Positions 39,791-54,060 of a stretch of DNA of 64,000 bases are shown one piece after another. The position numbers and the translations under genes were made by a program. Source of the DNA: Gracilinanus agilis (Eukaryota); NCBI RefSeq assembly GCF_016433145.1, contig NC_058131.1, positions 401,831,938-401,895,937 on the forward strand, in the 5' to 3' direction. A model generated the notes under the pieces. The model was not told where the DNA came from and did no database searches. It saw only the letters and a program-made list of their open reading frames with translations. Position 1 is the first letter of the stretch; each line of letters opens with the position of its first letter.

Positions 39791-41223
39791 GTGATTCTAG
39801 TCCAACTGCTTCCTTTTACATATGAATCGACAGAATAAGAAAAAGGCTTTCCAAATATATATTAGATTTATATAAAATAATATTAAGGTAAAGAAATGCT
39901 CAAAGTTGAAATACAAATGGAATTAAATTAATTGAACATATGCATGTTTCTATGTATAAAGATCACCACTGATTCCATTCTTCACTGCATTTATGTATTG
40001 TTAACCATCCTTCTTTCTATAACAGATGCTCATCTTAAAAAGATGTCACATAAAAATATCTCTCTAATGTTTAGTGAAAAGTATTAAAATTAGGATTCCA
40101 TTTAGGGAAAAAATAGAAGGCTGAAAACTTGCTTTTGAAAACAGTATGCCAACTCAGTAAGGAAGGCTCCAGTGTACATAAATTTGGGGAAGTAAAGTAT
40201 TGCATAAGGTAGAGGGAGAATTCCATAAGAGTTTATAGTTATTGATTGTTTAGGCAAAAGGTACAGGCTGGTATAAAGATTATACCAAAATGTATCTTTT
40301 ATTGAAAATGTTATAAAGGATAACCAATTGTCTTCCTGTAAACACAATCAGATATTTCACTTAATTTAATCCATTTATTAGAAAGAAACTCATCAAGTTG
40401 AGTTTCCTTGTTCATAGTTTATCTAGGTCCATTTCAATTTAACAATGTTGGTGTATCCTAAGGCTAGATCTATATGGGTCAAAATAACTGCGAACTATTT
40501 GTTGTTCTACTGTAAGTTTAATTACGTATACTGGACAAATGAATAAACCAGGTTAAAAGTTGGCAGTTGTGCTTGAAAACATTTTTGTTAAACATCATAA
40601 AAGGTGTTGGTTGAGAATATCATTGAAGTCAATTTTGAGAAAATAAAGTATTTTTTGTCATCTACATTGGATTGAAACTTCCATCAAATGACTGAAATTT
40701 CTAGGTATCAAGATTGCTGTTGCAAAATATTTCATAAGGATCATTAAAGTAGATTTGGTGCAATGCAGAGTTTAGAATATACAATGTGACAAACTTGATT
40801 AAGTTCTATTAAGAACTGGAAGAAAAAAACACAGAGTAGAACAATGATTTATTGTTAATAAAGGCTTCATAGGGAAAAAATACCAAATTCAAACAAGGCC
40901 ATTTATTTTTTTAAATCTCATATTAAACTTTCAAATTTTTCCCAATATGGCATACTAATGATGTAAATTAACTACTGTTGATATTTTTTCTAGTTTATGT
41001 TTTTTATTTTTAAGAGAATAATTGATTAGCCATATGTTAGTTAATCTGTATTGGCTAATGAAGCCTGTGATAAATCTATCACTTTTTAACCATGGCTAGG
41101 GCACTATTCTCCTTCCACTTGTGGCAGTAACCTGAATTGTAGATGGAGAGTCCTGCAAGCAGTAAGGACCCTCAGAGACACTGGCTTCATACATCCAAAC
41201 TGACAAATTAGAAGTTAAATTCC

Positions 41224-41387
41224 GGGGGCAGCTGGGTGGTTCAGTGGATTGAGAGCCAGGCCTAGAGACAGGAGGTCCTAGGTTTAAATCTGACCTCAGA
41301 TACTTCCCAGCTATGTGACCTTGGGCAAGTCACTTGACCCCCATTGCCTATAAAATAAAAATAAAATAAAATAAATAAAAATAAAAA
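41224..41387 (+). mobile_element. 3'-shortened opossum SINE with (TAAAA)n tail
   Basis: Body stops at cccattgccta; perfect 14-bp TSD agaagttaaattcc at 41210-41223 and 41388-41401. Confidence 0.92.
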
Positions 41388-41865
41388 AGAAGTTAAATTC
41401 CCAGATAGGTAAAAGGAATAAAATGTTTTATGAGTAAAGCATTCTGAAATGTTAGTCATTCAAGAAAATCAATTTGAGAGGGAAGAAAAGCCAATTTCTA
41501 TTTTATTATCTAGCATAGTATAGAATTTAAATGATATTAGGAACAAACATACTAAATATAGCATAAGAATTTATTCAACTTACTGGATAGCTAAAATTAT
41601 CTGAAGCCCAAATAACTCATAGATTTTCAGAACCATCCATAATCTGATAATGGGAGTCAGATTTTGACTATCAAGATCAAAGTTAAGTAATGAAGAAGTT
41701 TAGGAAATTCTTTAGGAAATGAGTTTAAAACAAGATTTATTCCCTCCTTAGTCTTAGTTGAAAAGTCCCAGTATTTAATCAAGGTTAGAACTATTTTGGA
41801 ATACTAGATATTCTACTGATTCCCTACCAGACAGAGGCTTGAGTTGGCATATAATTAGCTCTTCT

Positions 41866-44151
<2,286 letters not shown>

Positions 44152-44336
44152 CTAGAGGTGGTCCTTTCAGTGAAAGAAATCTCGCCTTTTCTTTCTAATC
44201 CCAAACATCAGATTTGTGTTGAAGTCTCAGGAAGCTCAGGTTTGAGCTCTTAGCTCCTCCTTACAGAGTTTCTACTGGGCTTTTTTTTCCCCCAATTCTG
44301 CTTTTATCCTGATGTGAGGCTGAGTTTTGTCTCGCC

Positions 44337-44364
44337 TTCTTAGCCTGCAGCGCCACCAAGTGTC
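44337..44364 (-). promoter_or_regulatory. CSE / CGCT box
   Basis: ttcttagcctgcagcgccaccaagtgtc, 203 bp upstream of the ATG. Confidence 0.88.
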
Positions 44365-44734
44365 TGAAAGGATAACTTAATATTTTCCCATAAAATCTAA
44401 TTTGTAAAAAAAAATGATGTACATGAGTTAAGGAATCTCTCAATCAGTGAAGTTTCGGGAAGAGAGGTTAGAATTGTGATGTATTATCTTCTATGAATGC
44501 TGGTAATTGTAGATAAGGAAAACAATTTCATTATCTCTATTGAAAACCTATCAGGTATTACTGCAGTAAATTGAATTTTTCCCACCATATCAGTGTTATG
44601 GATCTTATATGTTCATAAAACAAAACAAAGAAATTCCATTCTTTTACTATGCAGTATGAATTTTACCTTTGGGTTTTCATTTCTTATGCACAAGGGTGGT
44701 TATATTTCTAGCAAAAATCAGGTATCCCTTTATT

Positions 44735-44970
44735 ATTGTTCTTCAGTTGTATCCAACTCATCATAACCCCATTTGGGATTTTCTTGGGAAAGATACTGGA
44801 GTGTTTTGCTATTTCCTTTTCTAGCTCATTTTACAACTGAGGAAACAGGGGTGAACAGAGTTAAGTGACTTGCCCAGGATCACACAGCTAGTAAGTGTCA
44901 GAGACTGGGTTTGAACTCAGACCTTCCTGACTCTGGGCCTAGTGCTCTATCCACTGTGCCACCTAACTGA
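44735..44970 (-). mobile_element. MAR1-type SINE
   Basis: ccccatttgggattttcttgggaaagatactggagtg...gtgacttgcccaggatcacacagctagt...ccactgtgccacctaactg. Confidence 0.85.
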
Positions 44971-45794
44971 TCCAGATATCTCTGACTGCAAGAATTTTCA
45001 TATGGCTTTAGACCTACCAGTCTCCTAAGATCTTTGTTTTTGAGTCCCTCATACATGAAAATATATTGGGTTCCAGGACTCTACATTGATTCATAATAGG
45101 TAATATGGAGTGGTTAACATTTAATATAGTAGACACAGCAGCTACTCAAAGAGGAATTTAACTTCAACAACTAAGAAATAATGTTTATGGAATGAGAAAA
45201 CAGAACTCTTCATGTCATTTCACTTTCAATTTCTTCTTCATTCCTCTCTCATTCATGGAAGCGCATTACCAGCCTTCCAAATTGTGCAGAGGATAGGTAA
45301 TGTTTGATCTTTTTCACTGCCTTCTCCACCTTAATTTGTAGAGTATAAGACAGATGGCAACATTGCTTTGGAAGAAAAATGTTGTGTTCTGTTTGGAATG
45401 CATGTTCATCATAATCTTGAAAGGTGATTTTAGGAACAATGTTAGAGTATCCAGAGTAAAACAAATTATCTTCTATTTACACTTCCAGAGATCATACCCT
45501 GAAAGGTATCTCAGAGGTATCTGAGAATAAACATAATAGGCCAAAGCATATTAGAGTTGAAAAGCACATTAATTAATCAGCAATGTGATCCCCTTTTCTA
45601 TGATCTCATTGTGCACATCTTCATTTTAACTATTGATTTCACAGTGATATGGAATCCCTGACCCATGACTTGATTACAAAAGGAGTTTTGATATTGCAGT
45701 TGTTCTCAAATCTATTTGATTCTTTAATTAGATTTTGACCAGATGTAGGCTTAAGATTACATTACTTAAAACATTCTTTAAATTTTAGCTATTG

Positions 45795-45973
45795 GGTCTT
45801 GATCCGTTGATCAAGACATCCGTTGATCTTACACATGTAAGACCCAGTGGAATTGCTTGTTGGCTATGGGAGGGGGTGGAAGGAGGAGAGGGAAAGAAAT
45901 GAATCATGTAATCATGAAAAAATATTTGTAATTAATTAATTAAGTAAGTAAACTTAAAAAATAAAACAACAAT
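45795..45973 (+). mobile_element. Short L1 3'-tip insertion with TSD
   Basis: cacatgtaagacccagtggaattgcttg...gggagggg and an A-rich tail; TSD tttagctattg on both sides (45784-45794, 45978-45988). Confidence 0.85.
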
Positions 45974-46764
45974 AAAATTTAGCTATTGAGCTTCTATAAT
46001 TGTCTCCTTTTAGCTGTGGCTAAAGCAACAATCCTAATCAACAGGTTCTAAAAACTTTCTAGAATACATATTTTATAGGTGGGTTGGAGCTTAGGGATAC
46101 TGTCCTTAGCTGTCCTTAATAAAATTATTCTAGGTCATCCTGGATAAAGGTAAAGACATTATGTGACAATAAATGTAAATCATTCTTTTTTCTCATTGAA
46201 TGTATCTAACAATGACTCAACAGGTACACCCTTCTTGTATTCCCTGTATGTATAAAGAATGAGTGGAAAGAAATATGTAGTTCTGAAAACTAATTGTCTT
46301 CAAAGCTTTTTGTCTGATATTGGTCAGAGGGAAGCCAGAACTCTGGGAAGTGCTTTCTGAGCTCAAATGACAGTTGCTTTGTGATTTCAGAGGATGTTGA
46401 GGAACGGTTATCCATGATCTGCATGGTCCCTTGGACCTAATGGTTTGCAAAGGCTAGTCTAGAATCATCTTATAAAATAAAACCACCCACTTAACTGAAG
46501 AGTCCCTATCGTTTTGTTTTTATTTTTTAGGAGAAGCAGATCCTGACTCCAGACATCATCTGCAGGAAGATATTTTATGTGAGCAGTCCCAATCATTGCT
46601 ATAATTTAATTTGCTGAATCTTTCACTCATTTATGTCAATCCTATGAACTTCAACATGCCTATAACTTCCAGTGCCTGAAGTAAGATTTGAGATTCCAGA
46701 GTATAGGGAAGAAAGTTGGGAGTAGATAAGAATGCAGGACCTGGATTCTGAAAGACTCACTGCT

Positions 46765-49530
46765 GCTCTTTCTGTGGTGGCAAAGAATTGGAAACTAAAG
46801 AGATGTTCCTCAGTTGGGGAATGGCTGAACAAATTGTGGTATATGGTGATGATGGAATACTATTGTCTTATGAGGAATGATGAACAGAATGATTTCAGAA
46901 AGAACTGGAAAGACCTATGTGTATTGATGAAGAGTGGAAGATGGTGGCATAGATGGAGCGAATCTTAGAACCTCTGCACCCTTACACATCGAGATAGAAA
47001 ACAATGCACTTTGAGAAGAAAAAGGACCAAATCTAATAATGGGACGGAGCAGGGGGAACCCTACTGCAGCATAACTAAAGAGGTACGCCAAGAAAAAGGC
47101 TTCAATTCTTGAACTTTAGGGTCTGAGGGTGTAGAAGGGGAATCCCAGGATCCCAGAATGCCTCCCCCACGTGCTGTGCAGAGTGTCCAGCAGCTCCAGA
47201 AATCTCAGGACCAGTGGGCACACTGGTAGGGAGAGAGGGCCTTGCTGGCACTGGACTCAGGGAGTCAAACACAGGCACTGGAGAGGTGACTGGAGGAGAA
47301 AAAACAGAGAAACACAGCAAAAAATGTCCAGAAGATGGTGGCTTAGACAGAGCCAAACCCCAGACCACAGACAGCTTGGCTTCCTCTTACCAAGATAGAA
47401 AACGCAGGGTTTCAAGAGGAAAGAAAACCAGATCATACACAGAGGACAATCACAGGGGGACCCCACTGCTGGAGAGCTCAGTTCAACGAAAAAGTCCTTC
47501 TTGTCCCCTCACAATTTTTTTTCTGTTTGTTTGTTTTTCCCTCCCCTTGAGGTTTTAGCCTCAGGGCAGATAAAGCAGTAAGATTAATCCAATCAATAGA
47601 GGATTAATCCAAACAATTGAACAGACAAGAAATCTTCAGAGGCAGAGAAAGTAACTACAAACCTCCATTACCAGCTGGATCTTTCATCAAAGATCATTAA
47701 ATACATCTGCTCAAACTAGCAGAACAAGGAAGGGAAAAAACATGAGTAAGCAACAGAAAAAGAGAAAAGAAATAACAATTGACAACTTCTTTCAAGGAAG
47801 TGAAAGGAGAGCAAATGAAACAGAAATAGAAGAAGAGGAAGTAGTTCCAGCGAACTGGACACAGGCTTTGGAAGATCTCAAAATTCAATTAACTCAAGAA
47901 TTTAAAACTCAACTCAAGAACTTCAGGAACTCAAAAAGCAATCAAGAGAGGCTGGAGACAATTTGAAAAAGGAAATACATGAACTAAAACAAGAAAATAA
48001 AGTATCAAAAGCCAGAATTGGCCAGCTTGAAAATGAAGGAAAGAAGGCAAAAGTTGATCTACAAAGAAAATCAGACCAGAAAGAGAAGGATAATCAAAAA
48101 GCCAGGGATGAAATTCAGTCTTTAAAAAACAGAACTCAACAACTAGAAGCAAATGACTTCACAAGACAGCAAGAATACATTAAACAAAATTTTAAAAATG
48201 AAAAATTTGAGGAGAATATGAAACACCTCATTGATTCAACCAAAGATCTGGAGAACAGAGCTAGAAGAGACAACTTAAGAATTATTGGTTTACCAGAACA
48301 TCATGATAAAAGAAAAAGTTTAGATAGCATTTTACAAGAAATTATCAGAGAAAATTGCCCAGAAATTCTTGAACTAGAGGGAAAAGTGGAAATTGACAGG
48401 ATCTACAGATCACCTCCTACATTTAATCCATAACTGACAACTTCCAGGACTATTATACCCAAATTCAAAAACTACCAGACCAAGAGAAAAAATATTACAA
48501 GCTGCTAAAAAGAAGTCATTCCTATATCAGGGAACCACAGTTAGGATAACACAGGATCTGGCTGCATCTACATTGAAGGACCGGAAGGCATGGAACACAA
48601 TATTCCTGAAAGCAAGAGAATTGGGTCTACAACCAAGAGTCAACTATCCAGCAAGACTAACTATATAATTGCAGGGGAATGTATGGTCATTCAATAAAAT
48701 TGAGGACTTCCAAACATTCATCAAGAAAAAAATAGACTTAAACAGAGAGTTTGCTGCCCAAACCCAGAACTCAAGAGAATCAACATAAGATAATTAAGAG
48801 AATGGGGGGAAGGAGAAAAAAATTCTTTTCTTTAAGGGACACAACAAGTTCAATCAATTTATATCTCAAGAAGAAAAGAAGGTATTGGCAAATATTAAAA
48901 ATTATTATTACCAACAGGGTAACTAGAAGAAGTTTACATAGAGGGAACAGGGACAAACTGTATAGGATGAAATGTCAAGAGATATATAAATATATATATG
49001 TGTGTAGGTATAAATATATACAAAACTGGGGGGAAGAAGATAATAATAAGAAAAATAGGAAAACAAACAAAAAGAAATAAATTTATATTCCATAAAGAAG
49101 CTCGTGGGATCAACAGGGAAAAATAACAATACTGATGAGTGAAATAAGCAGAATCAGGAGAGCATTATACATAGTAACTGCAATATTGTAGAATGATCAA
49201 ATGGGATAAACTTTGCTAATAACAGCAATAAAATGATCCAGGCAAATTCTGAGACTTATGAAAAAGAATGTTATACACCTCCAGAGAAGAACTGAAAACA
49301 TATGATTTCTCACTTGTGTATTTGGGGATATGTTTTGAGATTTTGGTTTTATAAGATTATTAATTTACAAAAATGAATAATATGGAAATGTATTTTGCAT
49401 GATAATACATATATATAACCCAGACTGAATTGCTTTGTCAGCTCTGGAAGAAGGGAAGGAAGAAGGGAGGGAGACAATATGAATCATATAACTTCAGAAA
49501 ATTTATGAGGAAATTTATTAAATTTAAAAA
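46765..49530 (+). mobile_element. L1 3'-end fragment (host), split by an insert at 46937-49129
   Basis: ctctttctgtggtggcaaagaattgg...tgatgaagagtg continues as gaaataagcagaatcagg after 49141. Confidence 0.82.
46937..49129 (+). mobile_element. 5'-intact L1 half: 5' UTR, ORF1 (47742-48788, disrupted), ~340 bp spacer, no ORF2
   Basis: Starts gaagatggtggc; ORF1 remnants include LENRARRDNLRIIGLPE...EIIRENCPE; degenerate TSD tattgatgaagagtg / tactgatgagtg. Confidence 0.83.
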
Positions 49531-49554
49531 AATAAATTTAAAAAAGACTTTTCT

Positions 49555-49715
49555 TTATGAGTTCAAATCTGGTCTTAGACACTTCCTAGTTGTTTGCCCC
49601 AGGAACTGTAAAGTGAGCTGGAGAAGGAGATAGCAAACTGCTCCATTATCTTTGCCAAAAAATAAAAAAATAGGATCATGAAGAATTGGACATGCCTGAA
49701 AAATGACTGAATAAG
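49555..49715 (+). mobile_element. MAR1-type SINE fragment
   Basis: gttcaaatctggtcttagacacttcctag...ggagaaggagatagcaaactgctccattatctttgcc. Confidence 0.7.
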
Positions 49716-49899
49716 AACTTCCAGAGTACCAGTCCAATAATCTGTCCACTACACTATGGTCTTCCATCAACAAGTATGTATAAATAAAATGTGGTTTTAA
49801 AATATGATAGATTTTCTATTGTTGCTAAAGCACAGAAAACTCAACAAAGACATCCCCACTCTATAAAAGATGAAGCAACTATTCCTCAAACATTTTTTC

Positions 49900-51340
49900 T
49901 TGTTACATTTTGAGACAAAGTCCCATTGCCACTATTATCCATCACTTGTGGCCTGGGGAGGGGACATGAGTTTTAAATGCACTTTTGTGGCATTCATTTG
50001 TCTTTTTCTCTCTTTTTTAAAAAATCCTTACCTTCTGTCTTAGAATCAATTCTGTGTATTGATTTTAAGGCAGAAGAGTGGTAAGGGCTAGGCAATGTGG
50101 GTTAAGTGACTTGCCCAGGGTCACACAGCTAGGATGTATCTGAGTTCAGATTTGAACCTAGGACCTCCCATCTCTAGGCCTGGATCTCAATCCACTGAGC
50201 TACCCAGCTGCTCCATCATTTGTCTTTTTCAAAGACACAATGCAATGAAGAATATTATGGAGATCAGGAAAAGAAAAGAAACCAAGGTCAGAGAAATTAT
50301 CAAGTAGGCAATAAAAGAGTAAGCTTGAGTCCATTCCTCGGCTTCATCTGAGAGCTACAGGTTAGGTGGAGAGAAATTATTCCATGGACAGAGGTTACTC
50401 CCCATTCTCTTTCACCAGTATCAGGAGCCTTTGCTTGATAGCATCTTTGTCACCAATGAACTTTCCTGTGTGCACTTCCCCATTATTTGCCCATAGAATG
50501 AAGAATCCCAAACATGTTTATAGGAAAGCTAGGAGTTCTCTAGTAAGTCCCTGTCCATGCCTTCTACCTTGGGGACCAAGTAACCTCCCTGTACAGTTCT
50601 GGGTACCAGGTTATTACAGAGATGTGCCATTCTGAAGATAATAGAGCACTAAGGGGAGAGATGTCATTCTCAACAAGGTCTACAACCTGAATTGCCTACA
50701 CAATAAATTGCCTTTGATGTCAACTGGAAAATTTTATTGGTTTCGTAATCTAAGGATCTCAGGGCAAAGAGATGGCTTCTGTCTGAGTTGATAGAGATAT
50801 GGGTGAAGAAGGACACAGATCCTATTCCAGAAGGCAGCAGCAAGTAGGTGACATTAACATTGGTTCTTGAGTCCTTGTTACTGGCACTGACTTTGCCAAT
50901 ATAGAGGGCAGGGCATTTTCTGGGAAGTAGAGTGTGTAGGATACTTGAATAAATACTGTAAGGCTATCATTGATATAAAACATCAGCACCATGATGCGGT
51001 GCTTAGTTTTGGGTCTTGGGAAGTCCAAATCCATGACAGTAATTGTCATATTGTTCTCAGACCTGCTTTCCCTGTCAAGTATTTCCTTGGCTACATGAGC
51101 ACAGACATCTTCAAATGACCTTCTTAGGTGAAAGGGAGATTTTCTTGGATGGCACAAATAATTCTTCGATTGCCTTGTGAATTCTGAAATCAGAGACCAC
51201 ACACTCAAGAATATTCTCTGAGATAAGACTAGTTAATGGTTACATTATCAGTTTCAGGGAATTGCCATTCAGATCCATCATTTGGAGAAAAGACTGCATT
51301 TTTAAGAAAGGGTCCAGATGTCTGGCTTTAGTATCCAAGA
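49900..51340 (-). pseudogene. Heavily decayed PCDHB remnant (end of EC3 to start of cytoplasmic tail)
   Basis: Remnants MMDLNGNSLKLIM, EILDRESRSENNMTITVMDLDFPRPKT, a TM-like block at 50230-50330 and MDNSGNGTLSQ near 49915; many stops. Confidence 0.82.
50009..50215 (-). mobile_element. Opossum SINE inserted in the juxtamembrane region of the pseudogene
   Basis: 15-bp TSD tcatttgtctttttc at 49994-50008 and 50216-50230. Confidence 0.9.
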
Positions 51341-51344
51341 TACA

Positions 51345-51760
51345 GATAACTGATACAAATTTATTAACAAGCCATTTCCTAATAGATAAATGTATATAAA
51401 TAGGTATCTCTAAAGGAAAAATCCAAGATATTAAAAACCATAGAGTAATGCTCCAAATCACTAATAATAAGAGGAATTAAAACATCTCAAATATTGTACT
51501 TCATGCCTAACAGAATAGCAAAGATAACCAAAAAATATTATAATTGTTGCAGTTGAACAGACACACTAATGGTTGATCTTTGAATTGATCTACCCATTTT
51601 GGAGAGAAGTTTGAAACAATATCCAAAAAGGTTCTAAGTTATGCGTGCACTTTAACAGAGAGATACAACCACTAGGTATATCCCCAAAGAGATAAAAAAA
51701 AGTGGGAAAAGATATATACAAATTATTTACAGCAGAGATTTTTGTTCATATTTTTAAAAA
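51345..51760 (+). mobile_element. Old L1 ORF2 3' fragment
   Basis: gctccaaatcactaataataagagg...ccactaggtatatccccaaagagata resembles the L1 ORF2 end. Confidence 0.6.
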
Positions 51761-52631
51761 AGAAATATAAAATGTGTTGATGTAATTTAGATGCAAATAC
51801 CACCGATAAAAATCATTCTAGATAGAAGAAAAGTAAGCCAACAGTTACAGCAGGTCTCTCCATTTTGTATGATGATAAAATAGCAAGACATAAACAATGA
51901 CATTAAAAAGTAATGATTACAGAGAAGTGGTCATATAACTGCATTGTTTTCTGTTTAACTTTTTTTTAATGCAAGAATTCAAAAAGAATAGGCATAGCCA
52001 TTTGAAAGCCAATTGTGTCCGAGTCTAGCTTGTTTAAATATACAAATTAATTTTACAATACTTTCAAGCTGTCTGTTAATAAGGATTTGAGGGGAGTAAA
52101 ATCTGACCAGAAAAATCAATAACTCATGATTGAGGATAGTATTAATGCCTTTCCTGGATTTTGCCATGTTCAAGTCATGGAACAGAAATCCAGGTTCTCT
52201 CATAACAGGAGATCCAGAGACATTTTTTAGAATACCCACATAATTAATTGAAAGGACCAAGAATAAAACATTTCCTTTTGATAAATTTATAAGTATTTAT
52301 TATTGTGCTAAAGGATTAGATAAAAGCTACTGTAAGGAATATTTACATATAATCAACCTGAAAACTAAAATGTCAGAACCAGATTTTATTTGAAGTTCTG
52401 TGTGTGTGTCTGAGTGTAGGTGTTTATCCCAATGAGCTTCCGAATGTAGGAGTTTAAGCATAAATTAAACTTGTTTTTTACTTAGACCTGGGAGGAAAAA
52501 GTAACAGCAAATTAATCAGATACTACTTTTAACAGCAAAGATTAAAGCAAAAGAGATCTTAACCAGAGGTTCTAATTTCTTTACCCTTTGGTATATTTAA
52601 AATTCTTTCCATAATAGTATGCTAATATTGT

Positions 52632-52632
52632 N
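52632..52632. other. Single N marking a probable assembly gap or contig join
   Basis: n at 52632; PCDH homology stops exactly at it. Confidence 0.9.
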
Positions 52633-53013
<381 letters not shown>

Positions 53014-53100
53014 TCAGTTCCTCGTTATAAAGCTTCCTCTTCTCTGAGCTTTTTTCTAATTCTGCATTTTCTCAGAAGGGAGGTGAGGTGAGGCCGGGCC

Positions 53101-53129
53101 TTCTTTAGCCTGCAGCACCACCCAGTGTC
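53101..53129 (-). promoter_or_regulatory. CSE variant (CGCT to TGCT)
   Basis: ttctttagcctgcagcaccacccagtgtc, 205 bp upstream of ATG 52908. Confidence 0.8.
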
Positions 53130-53869
53130 TGAATTGATAACTTCACATTCTCCCCATGAAAGCTAAATGTAAAAGGAATTTACACAAATGCACGAAAGAG
53201 CCCCAGAAAAATGAACTGGGAAGTGGAGGTGGGGAGGAAGGGTTTCATGATTTATAATGGCAATCAATGAGCACCCTACCTCAGTAAGTTGAATTCCATC
53301 TGCCAAATCAGTTATTAGAGTCACACATACACTAAAAATAATTAGACTTCACCATTACTTCGAGGAGTAACTTTTTCATTTCTGGCTTCAATTTCTCAAA
53401 GACATTTTCATTTCCAGTTCAATTGCCCGATTGCTTTTCAAAAGGTATAGAATACAGTCTACTAAACAAGTGATTTTCAGTCAGCAAATCAGCAACACAA
53501 ATTGAAGTCCAGAATTCTGCAGAGTCCATTTCAAGTGTTGTTTGGTGGCTTATGTTGCTCATTTGTAGGATATAGAATTTAGAGACTTAGAAATGGTATC
53601 TATGAAGGGACATGATTCTTAGTATTTTTAGACTGTGTTTTTCTCATTCAGCACTTATTTGAAGCAACATGAGCTACTTTCCATGTGGTGTAAGGACAGG
53701 TGAAATTAGGTGGACTAGACACTTTGGCCTTCTCATTCATTTCTTTTGCTGAGTTGAAAAAGACACGAGAATATAAGAGTTTCTGAAACAAGAATGTTTC
53801 ATTTGAATTTTTGCTGACGGCATTACTTAATTAATTAAGCAATTAAATAATATGAAGCTTTTTAAAGGG

Positions 53870-54060
53870 TTTTGCATAAGTCTTTTCAAAGGACTTTTTT
53901 TCATTTGATCCTTACAATTTTGCTAATGAGGAAGCTTAGGCTGAGGAATGTTAGGTGGCTTGCTTACTGTGACACAACTAGTAAGTGCTTAAAACAGAAG
54001 TTAAATTCTGATTTCTCTGATTCTAAGTGTAGTATTTTATTTTCTGTACCAACTAGCTGC
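53870..54060 (-). mobile_element. MIR/MAR SINE
   Basis: tttgatccttacaa...tgaggaagcttaggctgaggaatgttaggtggcttg...acaactagtaagt...ctagctgc. Confidence 0.65.

Noticed and set aside
46200-46740. Short minus-strand frames (LTSGTGSY..., MQIMDNRSS...) vaguely like a PCDH tail
   Set aside because: Similarity is limited to a few residues, with no TM or EC context
47102-48152. Several 70-115 aa ORFs on both strands
   Set aside because: They lie within the L1 5' UTR and ORF1; no independent coding evidence, and I could not identify an ORF0 equivalent
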